A stretch of DNA of 32,000 bases from Wallemia ichthyophaga EXF-994 (lineage: Eukaryota; Fungi; Basidiomycota), in NCBI RefSeq assembly GCF_000400465.1, contig NW_008806282.1:180001-212000 (forward strand), in the 5' to 3' direction. The position numbers and the translations under genes were made by a program. Of the stretch, positions 10,907 through 20,688 are shown in pieces (positions within the stretch are counted from its first letter, which is position 1; each line of letters starts with the position of its first letter). The notes under the pieces were generated by a model that made no database searches, was not told the DNA's origin, and was given only the letters and a program-made list of their open reading frames with translations.

Positions 10907-12882
10907 TCAAGTTATGACATCCATAGCCTTATCGAGTGCGAACTTGCATACGGCAAGGAGCTCGTTAACGTCTTCCAAACCAATTGAGCATCTAATGAGA
11001 TTCCTATCGACACCATACGACTCGATCCAATCGAGCTCCGTGTAGTGAGCGAGGATGGCATAGCAGCTTGCAAGGGTAAAGTTGCAGCCTAAAGAAGGAC
11101 CAGCCGCGAGGTTAAGATTGTCAAAGAACACACGTGCAATTTCTCCATTCCTTTCTTGTGTATTTTTCGAACTACCAAAGGTCAGACTAAATAAACCACC
11201 ATAACCACCGCCTTCTCTCTTCCTAGCGGTGTAATTGTCTTTAGTAGAGTATTTAGGATAGAATACCTCCTTGATAACGCCATTTCCGCGGCCATTGGTT
11301 TCTGACATCATGTAAAAGTAGTCACAGATAGCTTCTGTCGTCTCGTTTACCTTCTTGATACGACTGCAAAAGTCTCGTGAGTTGCGTTCCATGAATATCG
11401 CATCTTCAAACCAGTAGCTGTCTTCGTAAGTATCGACTACATAATCGCGAATATCCTCGTAGTGCCTGCCTTCGGGATTCAATATTATGCTTCCGCCCAT
11501 GACGTTCGTTTCGCCCGAGAATGCCTTTGTGAGTGATGAGACAACGACGTCAGCCATAGGGAGGATATCGATGTTCATGAAACTACCAATGGTCTCATCA
11601 ACAACTATAAGGAAGTTGTACTTGTCGGCCAATTCGCGAAGACGGGCCAAGTTAGGTGATTTGAGGAGGGGGTTACCTGGGAATTCGCAGAACACAGCAA
11701 GAAGCTGCTCCTTGCTTGCAATATCTTCCAGCATGGCTAAATCAGCATCATCACCTCTACCTAGGAAGTGAGCGCCTGGACCCCACTTCTGCAACACCTT
11801 GAGCGTATCGGTGTAGGGGAAACTGTCAGACTATTAGAATATGCTGAAGGGGTAGCAAACCAACTCACCCAAAGCAAACGCTCTTTCCAACGCCTTCGCC
11901 TCTCCATTTCATAGCAGCCTGGTGGGTCAACCAGATAGCAGCCATGCCGGTCGGGGTCAACCAGACATCATCCTCAGTGAGACCAACACCACGTTCACTT
12001 TCAATCGTTGGTCCAACAGCCGCGTCGACATGTGGGTCAATAACAACCCCCGCAATGCGTCTCTTCAATGCTCGTTTTGCGAGTGGAGCTGATGCCAATG
12101 GCAGGTTTCTTCCGTATCTCTCCTCGACATAGACAGCATGATCCTTATCGAATATGTCCTCATTGTTATCCTCATTCGCCTGCTTAATGGCAGAGCTAGA
12201 TAATATTCCACTAGCTACATCAGTACCGCCTGGAGTTGGAGGTTGGCTAGTCTGTAAAAATTTTGATTTGCTATTGTAAAAACGATTGCGACTACCGCTT
12301 CTACTGAACAGAGGAGGATTATGAAGAGGAGTGCTAGCGACAGAAGACTTTGGGCTGAGTTTCTCAGACATGTCCAGACAGTCTAAAGCGCGTTCAGCAA
12401 GTCTAGAGCTAACGCCTAAACCCGTATGTTGCCAGAACTGTTTGGCAATGCCCCAATGATCCTTATCGAATATAACAGCGTGTATCTCTATGCAAGGGAT
12501 CGCAGGGTTTGGGGATGGGTCGCAGACTGTGAGTTGGGCGAGACGGGCGTTTGTAGCAGTTGGTATAATGAAATCACGGCATTTTTCTGCGATTCTGTGT
12601 GTGGGGAATAGCATGCAGTTCTCCTTATCGAGATTGCCGAACTTTTTGAGAATCACAGCCGATAGCGCTTGTATTTTGCGATGTATAAAGAATCTAAGGG
12701 GCGGTAAGGTTAGCAGTGGGAACCTCAAGCAGCCACGAAACTAACCTCGGATACCCCGTCACCATGGCGTCAACAACTCGTGGTGCTCCTTCTTCGTAAT
12801 CCGTGTGGTCTTTCCATGTGGGAAGACTAACGCTGATTGCGTGCTCTACCGGTGGAAGTGCACTGCCTAAAGCTGCACTCAT
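10907..12882 (-). CDS. STR2: Cystathionine gamma-synthase (Str2-like, PLP-dependent Cys/Met metabolism), multi-exon
   Basis: LGSALPPVEHAISVSLPTW..MVTGYPR, TPTGMAAI, CEFPGNPLL, VVDETIG, VSSLTKAFSG (PLP lysine), GPSLGCNFTLA, LIRCSIGLED. Confidence 0.88.
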
Positions 12883-12907
12883 GGTTGTATGTGATGAAGC
12901 CAGGCGG

Positions 12908-12915
12908 ATGAGTCA
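12908..12915 (-). promoter_or_regulatory. Gcn4/Cpc1 (AP-1-like) site TGACTCAT upstream of cystathionine gamma-synthase
   Basis: Plus strand ATGAGTCA equals TGACTCAT on minus, 25 nt upstream of the ATG of an amino-acid biosynthesis gene. This is a motif match only. Confidence 0.5.
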
Positions 12916-12950
12916 CAATCGGTGGAGGCGTTTGAGAAGAGTACGTGGAG

Positions 12951-13006
12951 TTGCGTGTATCCAGTTGTGTACATTAACAGTGGCGCAATTGCGTGTATCC
13001 AGTTGT
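12951..13006. repeat. Perfect 18-bp direct repeat TTGCGTGTATCCAGTTGT (12951-12968, 12989-13006)
   Basis: Read directly; period 38 bp; the palindrome CGCAATTGCG (12984-12993) overlaps the second copy. Confidence 0.9.
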
Positions 13007-13100
13007 ATAGATAGGAAACTCAATTTGCTTATCAGTGCCACAGCATGTGATCACAAGCAGCGCTTCTTTAGGCGATCGGCTGTTGAACAGAGAAGACACG

Positions 13101-13150
13101 AAATTGACGCAAAAGTGAGCGAAAATGAGCACAAATGAGCACAAATGAGC
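13101..13150. repeat. Degenerate 10-bp tandem repeat (about 5 units; consensus near ACAAATGAGC)
   Basis: aaattgacgc aaaagtgagc gaaaatgagc acaaatgagc acaaatgagc. Confidence 0.8.
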
Positions 13151-13253
13151 AATAACCACTATAAAACACAATTAACACCTCAAACCATCAACATAGGCAA
13201 GCCGTTCAACTTATGCATATTTTCTGGTACGATTACTTTACTACAGCCAAAAA

Positions 13254-13734
13254 TTACTTGCCCTTGTTTGGACCAGCTCCCTTGGTAGCACCTGGGCCAG
13301 CGGCGACTGGAGCGTGAGCCTTGGTAGCGTTGGCTCTGGCAGCCTTAGACTCCTTAGCTTGCTTGATGGCCTCTTGACGAGCAGCAGTACGGACTTCTGG
13401 CTTCTGGGTTCTCTTGGCTTGGATAGCTTCGAGGTCGAGACCGACGATACCACGGGAAGTCTTTGCGGACTTCTTGCCCTTCTTCTTGTGAACTTCCTCG
13501 GTAACACCCTTCTTGTGGAGCTTACGGCAGAAAGCGGTCCAGGCGATCTTTCTTGGGTTCTTACGTTGGAGGAAGAGTGACTCGCACTTTCCGTTGGCGA
13601 ATCTGAAGACCTGTGGAGGGTTAGGGGCGGCCAAACACCACAAGACCACTCACTCTGTTGTCGAGTCTGACGTAAAGACGACCCTTGGCTGGGTAAATCT
13701 TTTGGCCTGAGAATGAGCAAAGTTCGACCTTCAT
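13254..13734 (-). CDS. RPL24: 60S ribosomal protein L24 (eL24), 2 exons
   Basis: [27 protein letters not shown] | [25 protein letters not shown]; 43-nt intron at 13611-13653. Confidence 0.97.
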
Positions 13735-14330
13735 GCTGCTGCCTGTGGGGTTGGGTGTTAGTGGCAGTGTCGTTGGATGGCTGAAGAATGTGCCTATGAG
13801 GGACTTTGGAGCGAAAGAGGAGCAAATCATCTGAAAAGCATTTAAGTGGGATTATACGCTCCAGAAATGCATATTCCCTCTGGCGTACACTTCCTCGCTG
13901 TCCACCTTGGCAACTCAAGAAATCTTCAAATTTGGGCGACAAGACCTGCAAAATTCCAGATAACCCGTCGACAGCTCCAGCAAGCACACCTCATCCCACA
14001 AGGCAACATCCCAGCTATTTTACAACCTCACCTTATTGGTTTCCGCAAAGGCACAAGTGAAATTCTCAGCGCCATCATCTCGCGAATTAAAAATTGATAA
14101 ATGTCGTTGGATCGAGGAAATTAAATGTGCGTTGTGGTTCTGTGGCTTTTGTTGATGCTGCCTGTATAAGCATCTCTGTACGTGTGTGGATTGTGTAGTG
14201 TGGTGATATAGCGATATGTGCAGCGATGGGCGTGGTGCGTGGGCGTGGTTAGTAGGGAGACAGCGGGAGCTTTAAATATCAACCGCATCTCGTCTCTCTT
14301 CATTTTCCAATTGTTTATCTCTTCGCAACG

Positions 14331-14963
14331 ATGATCACCACGGATAGATTGTCAGTAATTGCAACGTCTACGCTATCGAAGCTGCTCGAGCGGGAGAAGA
14401 TACGCGAGCTGGGACTCAAATACGGCGACGACGAGCTAGAGGCCAATATCGACACTCTAAGCCAAGGCTACGACGTCCTGGCAGACGATGAGTCCGACGC
14501 CGCGCTCAAGTTCAAACACCAATACCTAAATCTGCTAGATATCCTTGGCAGGGAGAAGCCGTCGCCGAAGCCATCTTCGGCAAAGGATTTGCCATCGACT
14601 CATCTCCCTAAAACGCAGAGTGCCCAGCAGACACCAGCTACGCGAACAACAAACGAACAGCAGCAAGAACAGCTGTTCAACTACGACGATCTCATGGACC
14701 AGCAGGATACCCATCTCGACAACCTCTCGCACTCTCTCAGCAACCAACACCAATTGAGCAGCACTATGACAAATGAACTCGGTCAGCATAACGAGCTGCT
14801 CCAGGATCTGGAAATAGGTTTGGATGATACGCAGCTTCGATTAGGTAAGAGCAGTACCCTCCTCAACAGGCTCAACACCAAATTCAAGTCAAATACATCG
14901 ACATATTGCATTACAATCATTATCCTCGTACTTATTCTGTTGATTTTAATATTCAAAGTGTAG
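14331..14963 (+). CDS. SYN8: Syntaxin-8-like Qc-SNARE with C-terminal TM anchor
   Basis: SNARE heptads QQDTHLDNLSHSLSNQHQLSSTMTNELGQHNELLQDL and a terminal hydrophobic tail YCITIIILVLILLILIFKV; intronless. The subfamily assignment is less certain than the SNARE call. Confidence 0.75.
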   Translation: MITTDRLSVIATSTLSKLLEREKIRELGLKYGDDELEANIDTLSQGYDVLADDESDAALKFKHQYLNLLDILGREKPSPKPSSAKDLPSTHLPKTQSAQQTPATRTTNEQQQEQLFNYDDLMDQQDTHLDNLSHSLSNQHQLSSTMTNELGQHNELLQDLEIGLDDTQLRLGKSSTLLNRLNTKFKSNTSTYCITIIILVLILLILIFKV

Positions 14964-16324
14964 CCATATCCATCTCACATGCCATTGCAAGATCTTGGAG
15001 TGTTGGTTTGGCCGGAGTCGGATCGGCGTGGCCGGGGAGGTTGTCGTGGGTGTACTGGGTGTACTGGGTGTCTGGGATTGAAGCCGCAGTCGACATCGGG
15101 GTATCGTGAGAGTCGTTGGTGTTAGTAGAAGCACTGGAAGCAACACTATCGAGTGTGATAGAGGACATTCTCCTTGCGGCGGAATTGCTGTTAAATGAAG
15201 GTGTGCTTTTAGACACACGCATACTCTTTCCGCCTTTCCCCTTCTTGCGCAAAACCTGCGTGGATCTTGCGCGTGGTAGTGTTCTCCCAGCGTACGTTTC
15301 GTCTGGGTAATGTCCGGGTGAGCGGCCTCTGACGACAATAGGCATGCTCTTGGCTTCGCCTATCCGTACTTCTGCGCTATTGTCGAGTTGAGCGTGGAGA
15401 GACACATTGAGGCGAAACATCTCCGACTTTCTGTGGGTGCTCCGTTCGAATTGGATGCGCTCAAACTTGGCTACTTGTGCCTCGCTGTCGTCGCTGTCGT
15501 TGCTTATCAACGCCTGTAGCGGCAAGCGCGATGGAAACCGTTTCGGTCCTTTCTCTCTCGCTGTGGAGAACTGGATCAAGTGAACGGGATCCTCGACAAC
15601 CGCACAGTCGTCGCACATGCTCGCGCTGATACCAACAGAGAACGAGTCTATTGGGTGGTATTGACCATTTATCATGACCAATGGATTGCCAATCTCCTCA
15701 TCGTTCATTTGAATTCGGTTGTTTGGCTGGAGAACAACGCTTGTGCTGATCTGGAAAAAGTTGCGCCGGTATGTCGTGGCTACAGTCTTGTTGGAGTTAT
15801 TTGCCCATATAAATCCCTTATCTACGCGACAGTTGATGACTGGATTGAGGCTGCAGAGGTAGTCAGCGGGGAACTTATCAAAGACACCAGCACCGCCCAC
15901 CCAACAATGTTGTCTTGAAAAGGCATAAAGAGATCATTATACTTGATGCTATTACTGAAAAAGCCAACGTTGTCGTCATCGCGGCTGTTGACACGAAAAG
16001 AGGTGGTGTCTTGGTTATTGTAGTCAGCCAGAGTGAAGCGCTCAAAATCGAGCTGAGCGGTGGGGGAGTAATTTACAGGGTCAAAAGTGGATGATGACGG
16101 AGTATCTGGTGAGTTCCACAAGGCAAAAGACGGCGTAGGTGAGTGGAAGTCGTTGAAATCAAAGCCTTTCCACAATGCACGCTCATCAAATTGGCTGAAA
16201 GGGTTCACAAGTGGCGGAGGTTCATTAAGCGTAGATCTTTGAGGTGGCGTCTGAGGCGTTTGGGATGGGCTGGAGAGTGCTCAGAGTGCTGCTAATATGC
16301 TGTGCACCTCACTCACAAGCTCAT
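14953..16324 (-). CDS. NDT80/PhoG-like (p53-like fold) transcription factor, 3 exons
   Basis: Spliced NPVINCRVDKGF, TTYRRNFFQIS, AKFERIQFERST, MFRLNVSLHAQL, SMPIVVRGRSPGHY are Ndt80 DNA-binding-domain hallmarks. Proposed ATG 16324 (MSF|PSQTPQ); a 50-nt intron lies near 15850-15900. Confidence 0.85.
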
Positions 16325-16482
16325 AAAACTAAGAAAAAGGATTTTTAACACAACGACGGTGGTTAAATGCTAAATATATTCAATTTGTACAATTTTATTT
16401 ATCAGCCGCCCTGGATTGATTTCGTGAAATGTTTGTCACTTGGTCGGGCTGAGACGCGTCTCAAAGCCTTGCAGATACGTCG

Positions 16483-18294
16483 ATGAGCTCGAGCAGCGTA
16501 AATTCACGAGAAATAATTCTGAAAATATTCTCAAAGAAGCACTCACTCTCACTGACACCACAATCACTTGGATTTCTTCAGAATTTATCAGAAACTTATT
16601 CACTCAATTCAACGAATCTAGCAAGCATCGCTGATTCTCTAGCGCTGGCATATCTCAAGCAAGACGACTGCAGCTCCATTGTAGACGCAGATGTACTCAA
16701 GAAGGTATATCTCAATCTTCAGCTCAACTACGCAGGTGGAATATCCACGCTCGATAACGAAGACTACGTCAATGAGGATGAAATTGATCCAAGGAATTAC
16801 TTAAAGATCGTAGACGCTTTCGATATTCCCAGGTACTCGTACGCTGTTGATAACAAATCCTTCGTAAAGCACAACACACACAGCATCGCTGCCCACCCAT
16901 CCAGTCTCTCTCAATTATGGCTCGATAGGTACAACACTATCAAGCAAATCATTCTCCGCAACGAGTTCTTCTCCCCTCCTTCCACCGTCGCCGCCAACAA
17001 CCACGATAGAGACAATTACATGAAAATTACTTCCACCAAGAACCTTCTCGGTAGACACAATCACCGCTTTATGCTCTTTGGTATGCTTTCACAGACTACT
17101 GATGGCAGACACGCCCTCCAAGATCCAGATGGTGTCGTTGTGCTGGATTTGAGTGATGCTGTGAGTTGTTTTAGTGCTCTCTACCTTCTCCTAACTCACT
17201 TGAATAGGTTCCTGGTGAAGGCTTGTTCACTGAAGGCTCTTTTGTTCTCGTAGATGGAGTTTATGAGCTGCTCACAGATGAACCCATCTTCAAAACATAT
17301 GGTATAGGCCATCCTCCATCTGAAAAACGTTCGTCGTCACAAGATGTGCATGGTCATATTGATTTCCTAGGTCTTGGCGGTATTTCACTTAAAGACCAAG
17401 TGGGTTGACGCGCGTTACAATGAGAATCCGCTAACACCACCCAAGAAACTTTACAACAGAATAGAAAAAAGCTTAGATCACATAGGCTTTATAGTGTTAT
17501 CCGACGTATGGCTCAATGAGCTCTCTACACAGACATCACTCAGGCGTTTATTTGAAGGCTACAACAGCGCTTTTAACGACTTCAGACCACTAATGTTCAT
17601 TTTTTGCGGCAATTTCTCCTCACAGCCCATCACCTCTTCTCGTGACATCCGCGAATATCACGACTCGTTCAATAAGCTAGCCGACATAATATGCGAATAC
17701 CCATTGTTAGCACAGCACTCAACATTCGTCTTTGTTCCCGGTCCCAACGATCCATGGAGCTCAGGCACAACGACTACACTCCCTCGCAAGCGCATACCCA
17801 CAACATTCACGCGCACATTCGAAGCTAAAGTGAGTAGGACGTATTTCACCAGCAATCCAACTCGTATACGCTACTTCAGCCAGGAAATAGTGGTATGTCG
17901 CGACGATGCCATGTCGCGGATATTGCGCAACAATGTCAAAGTGAAGGAGGAGAATGGAGAGGATGGGGAGGATATGGATGTCAAGCTGAAAAAGTTTCTC
18001 GTACAGACCGTGATTGATCAGGCACATCTAAGTCCATTCACCATCAATACTCGTCCAGTGCTATGGGAATACGATCATACATTGCGATTGTATCCTATAC
18101 CCACCTCACTCATCCTCGCTGATAAGTATGACAGATATGAGTTGAAGTATGAGGGTTGTAGAGTGTTTAATCCTGGCTCTTTCTCATTCGGTATGCTTGG
18201 AAGCGATACTAGCAACAGCAAACCCAGGTTGTGGAGTGTGTATAGACCATGGAACCAAGAAGTTGAATACTCTGAGTTGCCCGGGGAGGAGTAA
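16483..18294 (+). CDS. DPB2: DNA polymerase epsilon subunit B, 3 exons
   Basis: IVDAFDIPRY, FMLFGML, VPGEGLFTEGSFVLVDG, FIVLSDVWL, FIFCGNFSS, FVFVPGPNDPW, TSNPTRI, LRLYPIP, VFNPGSF. Confidence 0.93.
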
Positions 18295-18501
18295 TTGAAG
18301 TTAGTGGTGATGCATTCACTGCACATCCATCGCGATTAGCCAGACTATTTATTCATGTATACCCCTATAAACATTACTGCACTTATGCATTCATCACGCC
18401 TGACTATTTTCACTACCCTCTTCTAACGCAACCCTCGTTTTGGTGCATAAATCGCTTATCGCATCCGTAACGTCATCAACTGCGACCGACAAAACGAGAA
18501 A

Positions 18502-19353
18502 ATGGAGAAATTGCCAGTAGAGCTACTTTGCACGCTTTTAGAGTACTCAGGAGCCCTAGGGCTTACCTGTCGCCACCTAAATCGTCTCAGCAAGGACCTT
18601 AGCATAGTGCATATCGCGGGTCCGAATCCTCCGAATCTCGCACACTTCAACATGGATGGCAAGGGGATGTATGAAATAATGGATAATGAGAAATTTGAGC
18701 GAGATCTGGCAGTTATTTCTGCTGACAGCCTACAAGCATCGAGTGTGAGGTGAGTATTGGATTGTGTGAAAAAGCGTGCGGGTCTTTGACGAGCGATGTG
18801 CAGGCAAATAAGATACAGAGATACAGATAGCGTCAATGAGCGTGTACTAGAGCACCTCAAAAACCTACCTAACCTTACCACGGTGATTATACAATGCACT
18901 AGTGTGCTATCGATGAGTGTGCTGCGCAGGATGCGGAGGCTGCACACTCTGAATGTGAATTCGATAGTATCCGCTAAAGATATCCCCATAAACGACATTC
19001 TCAATCAGTGCCCTGCGCTCAACACACTCACCGTCGATATGATGTTTTACAAGCATTACAGCGAGAACAACCTCAACCAATTGGATGGAGTGATGGTGGG
19101 AAATCATCCAGTGCAGACTGTCGTGCTTAGACATAAGCTGTGCGGCAAGTGCTACTGCGCGCACAATCACAATCCATTCGATCTCGTGGCGGTTTACTTG
19201 CCTACTTGCACTACGAAATCTCTTAGCAACAAGCCACTAGTCTCCTTAGTCAGAGTACACAGCCGGAGCACTCTCGTCGATGTGCTAGCCCGTGCTTATG
19301 GCTGGGAAAGGGAGGAGTGTGCAGTAGAGGAGGAGTTGGCCAAGGCACTGTAG
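18502..19353 (+). CDS. Hypothetical protein with N-terminal F-box-like motif and degenerate LRR-like repeats (2 exons)
   Basis: MEKLPVELLCTLLEY..LGLTCRHL; an intron at about 18749-18802 joins the two track ORFs in frame; LKNLPNLTTVII, MRRLHTLNV, CPALNTLTV. Confidence 0.6.
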
Positions 19354-20136
19354 TGGATTTTCGTCCATTATCTCATCCGCTTCTTCCTATCTCGCTCATA
19401 TCCCCCTCGCGCCCTTTTTTCATCGTTGATTTCGTTAAATTTTGGCAACAAACAAAGCAAATTTCATCGTGTATTAAATTGATTCATTCATTCAGTTTTT
19501 GCTGTTTGTGCGTACCCTTGACGCATCCGCTAGCACAAATGATATTGTGTGCATATGTTCGATTTTCAGAGTAGTTTTTCACCTCTGTTTCTGGAGGTGG
19601 TCTGGAGAACCTGAGCCTCGATATAGATACTTCGCATAATACAATACATGCATTATTACAGTTACTGGTAAATTATGTCTTAATTTAGTCTTAGTTCTCA
19701 ACTAATTCGTCGCCGGGTCACCCAATTATTCCATGGCTTGGACGAAGCTTAAATGTGTGTCTTGACACGGCTTTGAATTTTAAGCAGGTCTAATCTAGCT
19801 CCTTTCCTGAACATAAATTTATGCATTCGTCCTCAGCTGGATTTGATCTGCTTATACCGAGTCGATCTTCTCTCACTTAATCTCAATTCCCCTAAATTCT
19901 TCAATTCTAGCAAAAATCTCATGTATGGAACACATTTTGCGACGCTTGTTTGGATTTTTACACCAAAAAGTATTGCGATGTGGCTTTTCAGATACCGCGA
20001 AGATGGCGTCAGAGGGGGATAATTGTAAATACAGCTATAATACGGATGTAAGAAGGGGGCGCAGCAGTAATAAAAGCAGTTGCTAAAGTACTCATCCTAG
20101 CAACCGATCGAAAGTCCACACTTAAACTCGCACAAG

Positions 20137-20616
20137 ATGCGAATTATTTCAACACCAGACAAAGGCAGGGGAGTATTCGCATCGCAGCCCATCAAAATCG
20201 GGGAGGTAGTTGAGATATCCCCCGTTCTCTTATTCACGAAGGAGGTGAGAAGATGCTTATCGCTCAATGCTAAGGCTAACACTATTCAGGAATACACGCA
20301 GCATGGACAGCACACAGCGCTCGATGACTATACCTTCGTGTGGCCAGATCGGAGTGGGAGGATGGGATTGGCGATGGGGATCGGATCTATGTTCAACCAC
20401 CACAAACAGCCTAATGTGAGTTATAGCATTAACACTCATACGCTCACAATCACATTCAAAACAACACGCCATATAAATATCAACGATGAGTTATGCATTT
20501 CTTACGGCCCTGAATCTAAATTGTGGTGGAGGAATACTCAAGTGGATGATGATGAGGATGATCAAGTTAAGGATATGAGCGAATTAGATCTCTTGCAATG
20601 TGATTATGGTAGTTAA
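20137..20616 (+). CDS. Small stand-alone SET-domain methyltransferase (S. pombe Set7-like)
   Basis: KGRGVFA, GIGSMFNHHKQPNV, INDELCISYG; no post-SET cysteines; 45-nt intron at 20245-20289. Confidence 0.88.
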   Translation: MRIISTPDKGRGVFASQPIKIGEVVEISPVLLFTKEVRRCLSLNAKANTIQEYTQHGQHTALDDYTFVWPDRSGRMGLAMGIGSMFNHHKQPNVSYSINTHTLTITFKTTRHININDELCISYGPESKLWWRNTQVDDDEDDQVKDMSELDLLQCDYGS

Positions 20617-20688
20617 TGTTATTGTTTTGAGTGTGTGTGCGTACGTGGATTTCATTTATTTATTTGGGTATCCTTTGTTTTACTTTGT

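Noticed and set aside
12951-13150. Repeats considered as a CRISPR array or transposon termini
   Set aside because: The host is eukaryotic, there are only two 18-bp copies, and there are no cas or transposase genes or target-site duplications.
13241-13987. 248-aa minus-strand ORF overlapping RPL24 in another frame
   Set aside because: It starts at TTG with no internal Met, runs through the RPL24 intron, and its low-complexity translation is the frame-shifted shadow of a highly biased ribosomal protein gene.
13735-14330. Possible snoRNA or small gene in the 600-bp RPL24/SYN8 spacer
   Set aside because: No properly paired C (RTGATGA) and D (CTGA) boxes with terminal stem; the track ORFs here start at non-ATG codons and lack coding character.
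18456-19170. 182-aa and 87-aa antisense ORFs over the F-box-like gene, and the many other 60-150-aa track ORFs antisense to recognised genes
   Set aside because: No recognisable motifs; they are explained as antisense or alternate-frame shadows of real CDSs.
19580-19599. 7-bp hairpin CACCTCT-gtttct-GGAGGTG after a U-rich run, suggestive of an snRNA Sm site plus stem or a terminator
   Set aside because: No U1/U2/U4/U5/U6 signature sequences nearby; short stems are common by chance; rho-independent terminators do not apply to a eukaryote. An Infernal/Rfam scan would be decisive.
20109-20118. GAAAGTCC resembling the RNase MRP/P CR-I motif
   Set aside because: No matching CR-V partner seen downstream, and it sits 20 nt before the SET start codon.
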